Below, piece by piece: positions 8,269 through 18,439 of a DNA stretch of 64,000 nt. The first letter of the stretch is position 1; the number at the start of each line of letters is the position of its first letter. The position numbers were made by a program, and so were the translations under genes. The stretch comes from Trueperaceae bacterium (lineage in GTDB: Bacteria; Deinococcota; Deinococci; Deinococcales; Trueperaceae), in NCBI GenBank assembly GCA_034520945.1, contig JAXHNB010000009.1, positions 96,001 through 160,000 of the forward strand. Reading direction: 5' to 3'. Under the pieces are notes generated by a model. That model searched no databases, was not told where the DNA came from, and saw only the letters and a list, made by a program, of their open reading frames with translations.

Positions 8269-9222
8269 TCAGCTGGGTGACGGCGCGTCGACCTGAAAGC
8301 GCATCCGAAGCCACTGGGCCAGCGCGTCCCAGGCGGCGTGGGTCGAGCGAAACGGCGGCTCGGCGGTGAGCACCCCGTGCACGGTGCCATGGAGCTGCAG
8401 GTGGCGCACGTCGACGCCCTCCTCCGCCAGGCGGCGGGCGTAGGCGTCGCCCTCGTCGCGCAGCGGGTCGTACTCGGCCGTCAACACGAAGGCGGGGGGC
8501 AGGTCCGCCAGGCTGTGGGCCAACAGGGGCGAGGCGTCGGGATGCGCGGCCTCTTCGGCGCTACGGACGTACTGCCGGGCGAACCAGTCCATCGCTTCCT
8601 GCGTGAGGCCGTAGCCTTCGCCGTTTTCGCGCCGCGACGGGTAGGTCGCTTCGCGTAGGTCGGTGACCGGATAGATCAGGGCCTGCCCCGCCAGCGCTGG
8701 GCCCTCCTCGTCGCGGAGTCGGCGCGCCACCACCGCCGCCAGGTTGCCGCCGGCGCTGTTGCCGGCCACGACCACACGGTCCGCGTCGATGCCCCAGGCG
8801 TCGGCGCGGTCCAGCACCGCGCGCGTGGCCGCGACCGAGTCCTCCACGGCGGCGGGGAACGGCGCCTCGGGCGCGCGCCGGTAGTCGACCGACACCACGG
8901 TCGCCTCCGCGGAACGGCACGCGCGCCGGGCGGCCTCGTCGTGCGTGTCCAGGTCGCCAAGCACGAAGCCGCCGCCATGCAGCCACACCACGCACGGGTG
9001 CGGGCCGGGGACAGCCGGGGTGTAGATCCGCACCGGAATCGCACCCGCGGGTCCCGGTACGCTCGCGTCCCGCACCGCGCCGACGGGGGTTCGCTGCGCC
9101 CGTTCCAGGTGCGGCGTGCGGATCGCCTCGCGGGCCGCGTCGAGGGATACCTCCCATGGCTCCGGGGGCGTCTCGCCGTGCAGCTGCTCCAGGTAGGCAC
9201 GAACGTCGTCGTCCAGCGGCAT
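8269..9222 (-). CDS. Alpha/beta hydrolase (HSL-family esterase/lipase)
   Basis: HGGGF oxyanion motif, VDYRRAPE, GNSAGG nucleophile elbow, DPLRDEG, HG; GGAGG RBS before ATG 9222. Confidence 0.93.
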   Translation of the reverse strand: MPLDDDVRAYLEQLHGETPPEPWEVSLDAAREAIRTPHLERAQRTPVGAVRDASVPGPAGAIPVRIYTPAVPGPHPCVVWLHGGGFVLGDLDTHDEAARRACRSAEATVVSVDYRRAPEAPFPAAVEDSVAATRAVLDRADAWGIDADRVVVAGNSAGGNLAAVVARRLRDEEGPALAGQALIYPVTDLREATYPSRRENGEGYGLTQEAMDWFARQYVRSAEEAAHPDASPLLAHSLADLPPAFVLTAEYDPLRDEGDAYARRLAEEGVDVRHLQLHGTVHGVLTAEPPFRSTHAAWDALAQWLRMRFQVDAPSPS

Positions 9223-9373
9223 GCGTCCTCCGTTCACGCGCCGTTGCCGCGCGGGCATGGGCGCGTATCGCACGGTACCCGCTGGCGCGCTACCATGCCG
9301 GGACGATGTTCCCGTGCGCGGCACCCCCACCTCGCGGCCCGGCAGGCCGGTCGTCACCACGCGAAGGCCGGCC

Positions 9374-9582
9374 TTGAACGCTGCCCTGTTCGTGCCGTGC
9401 TACGTCGACACGCTGTTTCCCGACACGGGCAAGGCGGTGGTGCGGCATCGCTACGGGTGGCTGACGGCACGCACGGGCGACGCGGAACTCGAGCCCGAGG
9501 TGGCCGCCATGACCCGCGGGTTCGGGAGTTCAGCGAGTTTCTCGTCGACGACCTGGACTCGACCGACGCCGGGGCGTTCTGA
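9374..9582 (+). pseudogene. Degenerate, internally deleted copy of the lutA 5' half
   Basis: [22 protein letters not shown] joined directly to [21 protein letters not shown] and [11 protein letters not shown]; diverged match to 20638-21023. Confidence 0.85.
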
Positions 9583-9710
9583 GACACGACCTCGTGCTCG
9601 GTCGTGATCGCCGTCGTTCGTGCGGAGGCGTGAGCCTGCGGCGGGGGTTGGATCACCCCCTGCGCTAGCATGCCTGTCGCACGCATTTCCGCGCAGCGAG
9701 AGGAGGGGCC

Positions 9711-10032
9711 ATGACACGCATAGGGTTCGTGTTGAAGGTAAAGCAGGATCGGATCGAAGAGTACCGTCGGCGCCACACGGAGGTCTGGCCCGACATGCTC
9801 CAGGCGTTGCGAGAGGCGGGCTGGCACAACTACTCTCTTCCTCGCCCCCGACGGCACGCTGTTCGGCTACTTCGAGACCCCTGCTTCGCTGAAGGCGGCC
9901 CAGGCGGCGATGGCCACGACGGAGGTCAACGACCGCTGGCAAGCGGAGATGGCGCCATTCTTCGAGCTACCGCCGGGGGCTGCGCCGGACACGGGCATGC
10001 TCGTGTTGGAGGAGATCTTCCACCTCGAGTGA
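9711..10032 (+). CDS. rhaM: L-rhamnose mutarotase (frameshifted near 9835; pseudogene or assembly error)
   Basis: EEYRRRHTEVWPDMLQALREAGWHNYS, then in another frame FLAPDGTLFGYFE...VNDRWQAEMAPFF...LEEIFHLE*. Confidence 0.88.
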
Positions 10033-10140
10033 CGCTCCCGGGTGACGCAGCTTCGGAGCCCGGCCTCCAGAAAGACGAGCGAGGAGGCACACCTCCCCGC
10101 TCGGTCCGAAGCCTGCGTCGCGTCGCGCGCGACGCAGGGC

Positions 10141-11121
10141 TCAGAAGTCGAAGTCGTCGATGTTGTCGGGCCGGAATACGAACGGGTCGCCCAGCAGGAC
10201 CCACATGCCGATGTCGTCCTCCTGCACCGTGAACGTGCCCAGGTCGCCCCCGTCGAACTCGTTGCCGGGCGCAAGACCGTCGGTCGCCAGCGCTTCGCCG
10301 GCGTACACGGCCAGGTAGCCGAGGTCGATGGGGTTCCACAGGATCACGGACTCGATGACGCCCGCGTCCATGAACGGCTTCATCTGGCGCGGCGTGGAGA
10401 GGCCCACCACGGCGACCTCGCCCGCGCGATCGGCCTGCTGGACCGCTTCGGCAGCGCCCGGGAAGGCCACGCTGGAAAGGCCGAACACACCTTCGAGGTC
10501 GGGATAGACCTGCATCAGGTCCTGGGTGACCGTGAAGGCGCGCTGTTGGTCCTCCTCGGCGGGGCGGACGTCGACGATCTCGAAGTCGGGGTAGTTCTCC
10601 TCGATGTGCGCCTCCATGGCGTCGAGCCAGGCGTTCTGGTTCGGTGCGGTGAGGCTGGATGTCACGACTGCGGCGCGGCCGTCCTCGCCGATCTGGGCGA
10701 CCATCTCTTCGATCATGGTCACGCCGATGCCCTCGAAGGTGGCCTGGTTGACGAACAGGTCGCGCGCGTTCGCGTCGGCGTCGAAGGTCACGACGTGGAT
10801 GCCCTCGTCCATGGCCCGCTCCAGGGCGGGTGCGATCGCCTGCGGGTCGTTGGCAGAGACCGCGATCACGTCCACACCAGCGGTGATGAAGTTCTCGATC
10901 AGCTGGATCTGGTCGTTGACGCTGGCCGTGGTGGGTCCGCGGTGGATCAGCTCGACATTGTCGAGCTCATTGGCGGCCTGGGTGGCGCCTTGCTCGGTCG
11001 CGGCGAAGTAGTCGATGCCGACCAGCTTTGGAATCATCGCGATTCGAACATCCTGGGCGAGGCCGAGGCCGAACGCGGCGGTCAGGGTAAGAGCGGCAAG
11101 GGTAGTGAGGAATCGTTTCAT
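10141..11121 (-). CDS. Sugar ABC transporter substrate-binding protein (rhamnose, RhaS/LsrB-like)
   Basis: Signal peptide; IPKLVGIDYF, VTFDAD, NQNAW, LWNPIDLGY; rhamnose cluster context. Confidence 0.9.
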   Translation of the reverse strand: MKRFLTTLAALTLTAAFGLGLAQDVRIAMIPKLVGIDYFAATEQGATQAANELDNVELIHRGPTTASVNDQIQLIENFITAGVDVIAVSANDPQAIAPALERAMDEGIHVVTFDADANARDLFVNQATFEGIGVTMIEEMVAQIGEDGRAAVVTSSLTAPNQNAWLDAMEAHIEENYPDFEIVDVRPAEEDQQRAFTVTQDLMQVYPDLEGVFGLSSVAFPGAAEAVQQADRAGEVAVVGLSTPRQMKPFMDAGVIESVILWNPIDLGYLAVYAGEALATDGLAPGNEFDGGDLGTFTVQEDDIGMWVLLGDPFVFRPDNIDDFDF

Positions 11122-11261
11122 GGGTCATCTCCTCTTTCGGTTCGAAGGCGTGCGGGGGTCATTCTGGGCGGGTCGACCCCTCGAGGTCGGGGGGCGGATG
11201 GGGATGCGGACGGTCTCCGCGCATCACCTCCCTTCTGCGCGGCACGGGGACGCGCGCGCGT

Positions 11262-12218
11262 TCATGCGTGCCGGAGAAGGCGGTTCACCGCGACCGCGGC
11301 GATGAGGATCAGCCCGACGAACACCGCCTGCACTTCGAGCGGGACGAACGCCAGGGTCAGGCCGTTGCGGACGACCCCGATGATCAGCAATCCGAGCAGC
11401 GTGCCCAGGATCGAGCCCCGGCCGCCGGTGAGTGCGGTGCCGCCGAGCACCACCGCCGTGATGACGTCGAGCTCCATGAGGGTGCCCGAATCGCCGCGCG
11501 CGCTCGAGACGCGCGACACGAACACCACCGAGGCCAAACCACAGAGAACGCCCGTGGCCGTGTAGACGGCCAGCTGCAGGCGATCGACCGCGATGCCGGC
11601 GAAGCGGGTGGCGACCTCGTTGTGCCCGAAGGCGTAGAGGGAGCGCCCGAACGTGGTACGGCCCAGCACGTACGCGGCCAGTGCCGCCAACACCGCAAAG
11701 AGCAGCAATTGCGTGGGGAACGGTCCCACGTATCCCTGCCCCAGGAAGAAGAACACCTCCGGGAAGCCGCGATAGGAGTCCCCCTGCGCAATGCCCTGCG
11801 CGATGCCGCGGTAGATCGCGAGCGTCGCGAGGGTGATCACGAGCGGATGCACGCGCGTGGCGACCGTGAGGGCACCGTTGATGAAGCCCGCCAGACCTCC
11901 GAGGGCGATCGCGATCAGCGCGGCCAGCCACACGTGGGTACCGGCCACGAACAGCGCGCCCATCACGATGCCGCACATGCCGAGCATCGACCCGACCGAC
12001 AGGTCGATCCCCCCGGTGAGGATCACCATCGTCATGCCGAGCGAAATCAGGCCGATCTCGGCGATGAAGCGCGTGACGTTGAACAGATTGCGCGTCGTGA
12101 GAAAGGCTGGGGATAGGTTCGCCATCACAATGATGAGGATGCCGAGGACGAGGAGCAGCATCCCCTCGACCAGGAGGCTGCGGACCCAGCCGGGTTTTGC
12201 ATGCAGGAAGGCGGTCAC
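11262..12218 (-). CDS. Sugar ABC transporter permease
   Basis: GGIDLSVGS, ELDVITAVVLGGT, GGRGSI (BPD_transp_2); GTG start overlaps the upstream stop. Confidence 0.92.
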   Translation of the reverse strand: MTAFLHAKPGWVRSLLVEGMLLLVLGILIIVMANLSPAFLTTRNLFNVTRFIAEIGLISLGMTMVILTGGIDLSVGSMLGMCGIVMGALFVAGTHVWLAALIAIALGGLAGFINGALTVATRVHPLVITLATLAIYRGIAQGIAQGDSYRGFPEVFFFLGQGYVGPFPTQLLLFAVLAALAAYVLGRTTFGRSLYAFGHNEVATRFAGIAVDRLQLAVYTATGVLCGLASVVFVSRVSSARGDSGTLMELDVITAVVLGGTALTGGRGSILGTLLGLLIIGVVRNGLTLAFVPLEVQAVFVGLILIAAVAVNRLLRHA

Positions 12219-13177
12219 GACGCCTCCGCCGCCACCGCTCGGCGTCCGCGCCGCACGCGCGAGCGCACCACGTCGAAGCCGACCGCCAGGAGGATGAACA
12301 GGCCGTGCAGGCTCTGCTCCCAGAACGCGCTCACCTCGAGGAACACCAGAACGGTGCCGGTGACGCCTACCAGGAGTGCCCCCAATGCGATCCCGAAGAC
12401 CGTTCCCGACCCGCCGAAGATGTGAGCCCCGCCCACGACGACCGCCGTGATGACCAGGAACTCGTAGCCCGTGCCGATGTTCGATTGCACCGTGGCGAAG
12501 CGGGAGGCATAAACCATCGCGGCGACCGCGACGAGCGCGCCGTTCAGCGCGAACGCGCCGATGAGCAGCCGGGCGGGGTTCAGGCCCGAAAGCCGGGCCG
12601 CTTCCGGGTTCGAGCCGACGGCGTAGAGGCTCCGGCCCCAGGCCGTACGGCTCAGCACGTAGGCGAACACCACCAGGATCAGCCCGGCGATCCAGATCGG
12701 ATTGTCGACGCCGAACACGTCCCCGAGCGCGATCTGCCGAAAGCTGGCGGGAAGGTCGTACACCCAAGCGGCGCCCGTGAAGTACAGCATGGCGCCGCGG
12801 TAAATGCCCAGCGTGCCGAGCGTGACGATGATCGAATGGATCCCCAACTGCGTCACCAACAGGCCGTTGATCACGCCCAGCGCCACGCCGATGAGGACGG
12901 TCAGGAGGATCACGGCAGGCAGGGGGAATCCCGTCGTGGCGAGCGAGCCGGCGGTCATCGCGCACACCGCCAGGATCGAGCCGACGGAGATGTCGGGCTG
13001 CCCGGTCAGCACGACGGCCATCTGACCGAGGGCGCCGATCGCCACGTAGGAGGCGTTGACGAGAACGTTGTTGAGGTTGTCCAGGCCGAAGAAGGACGGT
13101 GCGAACACGAGGAGCACCGCGGCGATGGCGGCGAGGAACACCACGATGGACAGTTCGCGGCCGCGATCAACGTACAT
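12215..13177 (-). CDS. Sugar ABC transporter permease
   Basis: DISVGS, GRSLYAVGSNPEAARLSG, ITAVVVGG. Confidence 0.92.
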   Translation of the reverse strand: MYVDRGRELSIVVFLAAIAAVLLVFAPSFFGLDNLNNVLVNASYVAIGALGQMAVVLTGQPDISVGSILAVCAMTAGSLATTGFPLPAVILLTVLIGVALGVINGLLVTQLGIHSIIVTLGTLGIYRGAMLYFTGAAWVYDLPASFRQIALGDVFGVDNPIWIAGLILVVFAYVLSRTAWGRSLYAVGSNPEAARLSGLNPARLLIGAFALNGALVAVAAMVYASRFATVQSNIGTGYEFLVITAVVVGGAHIFGGSGTVFGIALGALLVGVTGTVLVFLEVSAFWEQSLHGLFILLAVGFDVVRSRVRRGRRAVAAEAS

Positions 13178-14690
13178 GGGCTGACTCCTCGCTCCCGGTC
13201 GTCGCCGGTGCACGGACGCCGGTGGCGGCGCGCATCACGGCCTCGGCGGTGGCGCCACGGTCGAGCTGCTTGGCAACGCGGCCGCGATGCATCACCAGAA
13301 TGCGGTCGGCCATGCCGAGCACCTCCTCGAGATCGGAGGAGATGAGCAGCACCCCGATGCCCTCGCCGGCGAGGCCATCGATGAGGGCATGGATCTCCGT
13401 CTTCGCGCCGACATCGACGCCCTGTGTGGGTTCGTCCAGAATCAACAGCTTCGGCTCGGCGGCCAGCCACTTGGCGAGGACCACCTTCTGCTGGTTGCCG
13501 CCGGAGAGGGTGTCGGTGCTGAGGTCGGAACTCGGCGTGCGGATGCGCAGCGTCTCGACGAAGCGGTCCGCGATCGTGCGCTCGCGCGCGTCGACGAGCG
13601 TGCCGCCGCGGCTGACGCGGTCCAGGATGGGCAACGTCACGTTGTGCCGAATCGGGAACGGCAGGACCAGTCCCTGCAGCGTACGGTCCTCGGGGAGGAG
13701 CCCCACACCTGCCTTGACCACCCGCCACGGCGTGGTGGGCAGCGGCGTGCCCGCGAGGCGCACGGTGCCGTCGTCGTAGTCATCGATCCCGTAGATCGCG
13801 CGGGCGACTTCGGAGCGTCCGGAGCCGACGAGGCCCGCCATGGCCACGATCTCGCCCTCCCGAACATCGAACGATACATCGTCGAACACACCGGCGCGGC
13901 GCAGGTCGCGGACCTCCAGAAGCACCCTGCCCGGCGGGTGCGGCTCGTGGGCGTACAGCGCCCCCAGGTTGCGGCCGACCATCATCTGGATGAGGGCGTC
14001 GTGATCCACCTCGCTCACCTCGGAGGTGCCGATCCGGGCCCCGTCTCGGAGCACGGTCACGCGGTCGGCGATCCGGAAGATCTCCTCCAGCCGGTGTGAG
14101 ATGTAGACCACGGCCACACCCGCGGCGCGCAGTTCGCGCACAATGCCGAAGAGGCGCTCCACGTCGTCGCTGGGTAGCGCCGCGGTGGGCTCGTCCATCA
14201 CGATGATGCGGGCGTCCCGGAGGAGGGCGCGCGCGATCTCGACGAGTTTGGTCTGGGCGCGGCTCAGCGCGCCACCGCGGGCCTTCAGCGGGATGTGGAC
14301 GTCGAGGCGTTCGAACACCTCGCGCGCGCGGCGTCGCATTTCGGTCCAGTCGAGCGTGCCGAACCGCGTCCGAGGTTGAGAACCCATGAAGAGGTTTTCG
14401 AGGACGGACAGGTCCGGATAGAGGCTGCCCTCCTGGTAGATGGTGGCGATGCCCAGTTCCTGAGCGTCGCGGGGCGCGCTCAGGTGGACCTCGCGCGCAT
14501 CGACGTGGATCGCCCCGGCGTCGGGCGCGTACACCCCGGAGAGAATCTTGATGAGCGTGCTCTTTCCAGCGCCGTTTTCGCCGAGCAGCGCGTGAACCTC
14601 TCCGGAATAGACCGTGAAGTCGACGGACCGAAGGGCATGCACGCCGCCGAAGCGCTTGTCGATGCCGCGCATGCGAAGAAGGTCAGGCAT
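13167..14690 (-). CDS. Sugar ABC transporter ATP-binding protein (two NBDs)
   Basis: GENGAGKST, MDEPT, LSGGNQQK, LDEPTQGVDVGAK. Confidence 0.95.
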   Translation of the reverse strand: MPDLLRMRGIDKRFGGVHALRSVDFTVYSGEVHALLGENGAGKSTLIKILSGVYAPDAGAIHVDAREVHLSAPRDAQELGIATIYQEGSLYPDLSVLENLFMGSQPRTRFGTLDWTEMRRRAREVFERLDVHIPLKARGGALSRAQTKLVEIARALLRDARIIVMDEPTAALPSDDVERLFGIVRELRAAGVAVVYISHRLEEIFRIADRVTVLRDGARIGTSEVSEVDHDALIQMMVGRNLGALYAHEPHPPGRVLLEVRDLRRAGVFDDVSFDVREGEIVAMAGLVGSGRSEVARAIYGIDDYDDGTVRLAGTPLPTTPWRVVKAGVGLLPEDRTLQGLVLPFPIRHNVTLPILDRVSRGGTLVDARERTIADRFVETLRIRTPSSDLSTDTLSGGNQQKVVLAKWLAAEPKLLILDEPTQGVDVGAKTEIHALIDGLAGEGIGVLLISSDLEEVLGMADRILVMHRGRVAKQLDRGATAEAVMRAATGVRAPATTGSEESAHVR

Positions 14691-15474
14691 CGGCGACTCG
14701 CAGGCCGGCTCCGGCCGAGGCGACGGCGCGACGCAGGGAACCATCGGGCTCCGCGTCCGAGACGATGAACGCCACGTCCGTGAGCGGGAGGAGGTTGAGG
14801 AGCGACGTGCGGCCGAACTTCGACGCGTCGATCAGGGCCACGCGGCGGCTCGCAATCCGGAACAGCGCCCGCTTGACCGCCACTTCCTCCGCGTTGGAGT
14901 CGCTGAGGCCGGCCTCGGCGTGGATGCCGGTACAGGAGAAGAAGGCCACGTCGGCGTTGAACGCCTCCAGCCCCGCCACCGCACCTTCGCCGACGAGCGT
15001 GTGCGTCGTCTCGCGCACCATGCCGCCCGGAACGAACACCGGCGGGGCCCCGCCGGCGAGCTCATTGACGATCAGCAGGTTGTTCGTCACGACGGTGATC
15101 GCACGGTCCCGCAGCTGGTGCGCGAGGTACACGGCCGTGGTGGAACCGTCCAGGGCGACCGTGTCGCCGTCCGCCACGTCGCGCGCCGCCTGGCGCGCGA
15201 GACGGATCTTGGCGTCGCGGTTCTCCATCATCCGTTCCGCATAGCGCTGCTCGGGCACGGTCGCGTCGCTGGGCGTGGGCGCCGCCACCTTGGCGCCGCC
15301 ATAGACGCGATGGACGTGGCCGTCGGAGGCCAGCGACTCCAGGTCGCGCCGCACCGTCATGGCCGACACGCCCACCGCCGAGGCCAGTTCGCGGACGGTG
15401 GCGAAACGCTGCGTCCGCACCAGATCCTGGATCATGTCCTGCCGTTGCCGCGGCAACAGTGTCCTCTCGCTCAT
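14683..15474 (-). CDS. DeoR/GlpR-family regulator (rhamnose cluster regulator)
   Basis: VSAMTVRRDL...RVYGGA HTH; LDGSTT, VVTNN, DASKFG. Confidence 0.92.
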   Translation of the reverse strand: MSERTLLPRQRQDMIQDLVRTQRFATVRELASAVGVSAMTVRRDLESLASDGHVHRVYGGAKVAAPTPSDATVPEQRYAERMMENRDAKIRLARQAARDVADGDTVALDGSTTAVYLAHQLRDRAITVVTNNLLIVNELAGGAPPVFVPGGMVRETTHTLVGEGAVAGLEAFNADVAFFSCTGIHAEAGLSDSNAEEVAVKRALFRIASRRVALIDASKFGRTSLLNLLPLTDVAFIVSDAEPDGSLRRAVASAGAGLRVADA

Positions 15475-15715
15475 GCCACCTCCTGCAAGGGGCCGAAGCC
15501 GAACCTCGATGTGGTTATGGCGACAAACTAGCACACGATCCCCCACCATCGGCCGGCAACCCCCGCGCGTGGACCGGGCTCTCGCGCACGCCGAAGGGAG
15601 CCGTGTGCAGTTGTGATACCTTTCGGACAACGAAGCTCGAAGACGTCGCCCGCGATCGCCCCGAGCCCCCGGGGCCTCGTCGCTCCAGCGCGCCCACGCC
15701 GGAAAGGGACCCGAC

Positions 15716-16933
15716 ATGACGGATTCGCCCGACGCACGGACCGGCTCGTCCGTACCCACCGACCGCGCGCTCACGCACGACGAGATCGTCGCCGCACTCG
15801 GGCGCCACGAGATCGAGACGCCCTCCTGGGGCTACGGCAACTCCGGAACGCGCTTCAAGACCTTTCCGTGGCCCGGCGCGGCCGGCACCGTGTGGGAGAA
15901 GATCGACGACGCCGCCCACGTGCACGCCCTGACCGGCGCGGCGCCGGGCGTGGCCATTCACGTTCCCTGGGACGCCGTCGAAGACTACGACGCGCTGGGA
16001 CGCTACGCGGAGGAACGCGGGGTGCGCGTCGGCGCGGTCAATCCGAACCTGTTCCAGGACGACGCCTACAGGTTGGGCTCGCTCACGCATCCCGACGATG
16101 GGGTGCGACGGAAGGCGCTCGACCGCATGCGTACGTGCTGCGACATCATGCGCGCGACGGGCAGTTCGGACCTCAGCATCTGGCTGGCCGACGGCACGAA
16201 CTATGCCGGGCAGGACGACTTGGCGAGGCGCAAGGCGCACCTGGAGGAGGGTCTGGCCGAGACCTACCGCATGCTGCCCGAGGGTGCGCGGATGCTGATC
16301 GAGTACAAGTTCTTCGAGCCAGCCTTCTACCACACCGACCTGGCGGACTGGGGCGCGGCCTACGCGACGAGCCTCAAGTGCGGTCCCCGCGCACAGGTTC
16401 TGGTCGACACCGGCCACCACCCGCAAGGCACGAACATTCCGCACATCGTCGCGTTCCTGGCGAGTGAGGACCGCCTCGGCGGCTTCCACTTCAACGCCCG
16501 TAAGTACGCCGACGACGACCTGATCGTCGGCAGCGAGAACCCGTTCGAGCTGTTCGATATCTACGTCAAACTGATTCGCTCCGGCCGGCACGAGACCGTG
16601 GCCTACATGATCGATCAGAGCCACAACATCGAGCCCAAGGTCGAGGCCATGATCCAGAGCATCCTCAACTGTCAGACCGCCTACGCCAAGGCCCTCTCCG
16701 TCGATTTCGGCGTTCTGGACCGGGCGCAACGCGACGGCGACGTGCTCGCGGCGCATCGTGCCCTCACCGACGCCTTCGAGACCGACGTCCGCCCGCTGCT
16801 GCGGGAGCTGCGTGAATCGCGCGGGCTCGACCCCGATCCGATCGCGGCCCATCGCCGCAGCGGCTACCAGGAGCGGGTCGCCGCGGCGCGCGGCACGGCC
16901 ACGGCGGGCGGGGGGTACCCCAGCGGGGGATGA
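15716..16933 (+). CDS. rhaI: L-rhamnose isomerase (RhaI type)
   Basis: [53 protein letters not shown]. Confidence 0.93.
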   Translation: MTDSPDARTGSSVPTDRALTHDEIVAALGRHEIETPSWGYGNSGTRFKTFPWPGAAGTVWEKIDDAAHVHALTGAAPGVAIHVPWDAVEDYDALGRYAEERGVRVGAVNPNLFQDDAYRLGSLTHPDDGVRRKALDRMRTCCDIMRATGSSDLSIWLADGTNYAGQDDLARRKAHLEEGLAETYRMLPEGARMLIEYKFFEPAFYHTDLADWGAAYATSLKCGPRAQVLVDTGHHPQGTNIPHIVAFLASEDRLGGFHFNARKYADDDLIVGSENPFELFDIYVKLIRSGRHETVAYMIDQSHNIEPKVEAMIQSILNCQTAYAKALSVDFGVLDRAQRDGDVLAAHRALTDAFETDVRPLLRELRESRGLDPDPIAAHRRSGYQERVAAARGTATAGGGYPSGG

Positions 16934-18393
16934 TGCCGGTGACCGATGCGCACGTCCTGTCGGTCGATCTCGGCGCGGAGTCGGGGCGCGTCTGGTCCGT
17001 GCGGCTGCAAGGCGGGCGCCTCACCAGCCACGAGGTGCACCGCTTCCGCAATCGACCGGTGCGCGTGGGCGACACGCTGCACTGGGACGTCCTGTCCCTT
17101 TGGCAGGACGTGCGCGATGGGCTGGAGGCGGCGCTGGCGGACGGCGGCGGGCCGGCGCCACACGCCCTGGGCATCGACGCCTGGGCCGTGGACTTCGGGC
17201 TCCTCGATCGCCGCGGCCAGCTGCTCGGCAATCCGGTCCACTATCGCGACGCCCGCACCCGCGGCATGATCGAACGCGTCGCCTCACGCCTGGACCCTGC
17301 CGCGATCTTCGCGGAAACCGGCATTCAGTTCCTGCCCATCAACACGCTCTACCAGCTCGCCGCCCTGGCGGAGGCGAACGACCCCCAGCTCGAGATGGCG
17401 GAACGGCTGCTGCTGATCCCCGACCTGCTCCACCATTGGCTCACGGGCCGCACCGCGACCGAGTTCACGAACGCGACCACCACGCAGCTCTACGACGCGG
17501 TGGAAGGGCGCTGGTCCCCGACCCTGCTGGATGCACTGGGCCTGTCCGACACGCTCTTTCCCGAGGTCGTTCCGCCCGGCACGCAACTCGGGACTTACCG
17601 GGGCGTACCTGTGATCGCGCCGGCCACGCACGACACGGCCAGCGCGGTGGCCGGCTTGCCGGTCACGTCCGGCGACGTCGCCTACGTGAGCTCCGGCACC
17701 TGGAGCCTGGTCGGTACCGAGGTGACGGTGCCCGTCCGCAACGAGGCGGCGCTCCGCGCCAATGTCACCAACGAGGGCGGGGTGGCCGGAACGACGCGCC
17801 TGTTGAAGAACGTGATGGGCCTGTGGATCCTGCAACAGTGCCGCGAGACGTGGGCCCGAGAGGGCGCGGAACTGACGTACGGAGAGCTGGTGGGCCTCGC
17901 GGAGCAGGCTGCGCCATTGCGATCCCTGGTGCCGGTCGACCACCCCGACTTCCTCGAGCCCGGCGACCACCCCGCGATCATCGCGCGCCTGTGCCGCGAG
18001 CACGGTGAGCCCATACCGCAGGATCGCGGGGCGATCACCCGCTGCGTCCTGGAGAGCCTGGCGCTCGCCTACCGCCGGGTGCTCGACGTGCTCGCCGAAC
18101 TCACCGGACGGCGCTTCGACGTGGTCCACGTCGTCGGGGGCGGCTCGCGCAACGCCCTGCTCAACCGCTTCACGGCCGACGCCGCCGGCGTTCCCGTCGT
18201 GGCGGGGCCGGCGGAGGCGACGGTGCTGGGCAACGCGGCGGTGCAAATGATGGCCCTAGGGGTGTTCCCGGACCTCGCGACGGCGCGACGTACCATTGCG
18301 GCCAGTGTGCAGCTGGCATATTACGAGCCCAGCGGCGACGACCGCTGGGAGGAGGCCACCACACGCTACGCCCGTCTCGAAGCGTCGGCGTGA
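16930..18393 (+). CDS. rhaB: Rhamnulokinase
   Basis: [47 protein letters not shown]. Confidence 0.93.
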   Translation: MMPVTDAHVLSVDLGAESGRVWSVRLQGGRLTSHEVHRFRNRPVRVGDTLHWDVLSLWQDVRDGLEAALADGGGPAPHALGIDAWAVDFGLLDRRGQLLGNPVHYRDARTRGMIERVASRLDPAAIFAETGIQFLPINTLYQLAALAEANDPQLEMAERLLLIPDLLHHWLTGRTATEFTNATTTQLYDAVEGRWSPTLLDALGLSDTLFPEVVPPGTQLGTYRGVPVIAPATHDTASAVAGLPVTSGDVAYVSSGTWSLVGTEVTVPVRNEAALRANVTNEGGVAGTTRLLKNVMGLWILQQCRETWAREGAELTYGELVGLAEQAAPLRSLVPVDHPDFLEPGDHPAIIARLCREHGEPIPQDRGAITRCVLESLALAYRRVLDVLAELTGRRFDVVHVVGGGSRNALLNRFTADAAGVPVVAGPAEATVLGNAAVQMMALGVFPDLATARRTIAASVQLAYYEPSGDDRWEEATTRYARLEASA

Positions 18394-18439
18394 ACGAACC
18401 CATGAGGCGGAACCGAGACCGCCACGGGAAGGGAACGAA

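Noticed and set aside
10141..14690. ABC system as an AI-2 (Lsr) importer
   Set aside because: The SBP family overlaps with LsrB, but it is flanked by rhaM and rhaI/B/D with no lsrK/F/G; rhamnose is more parsimonious
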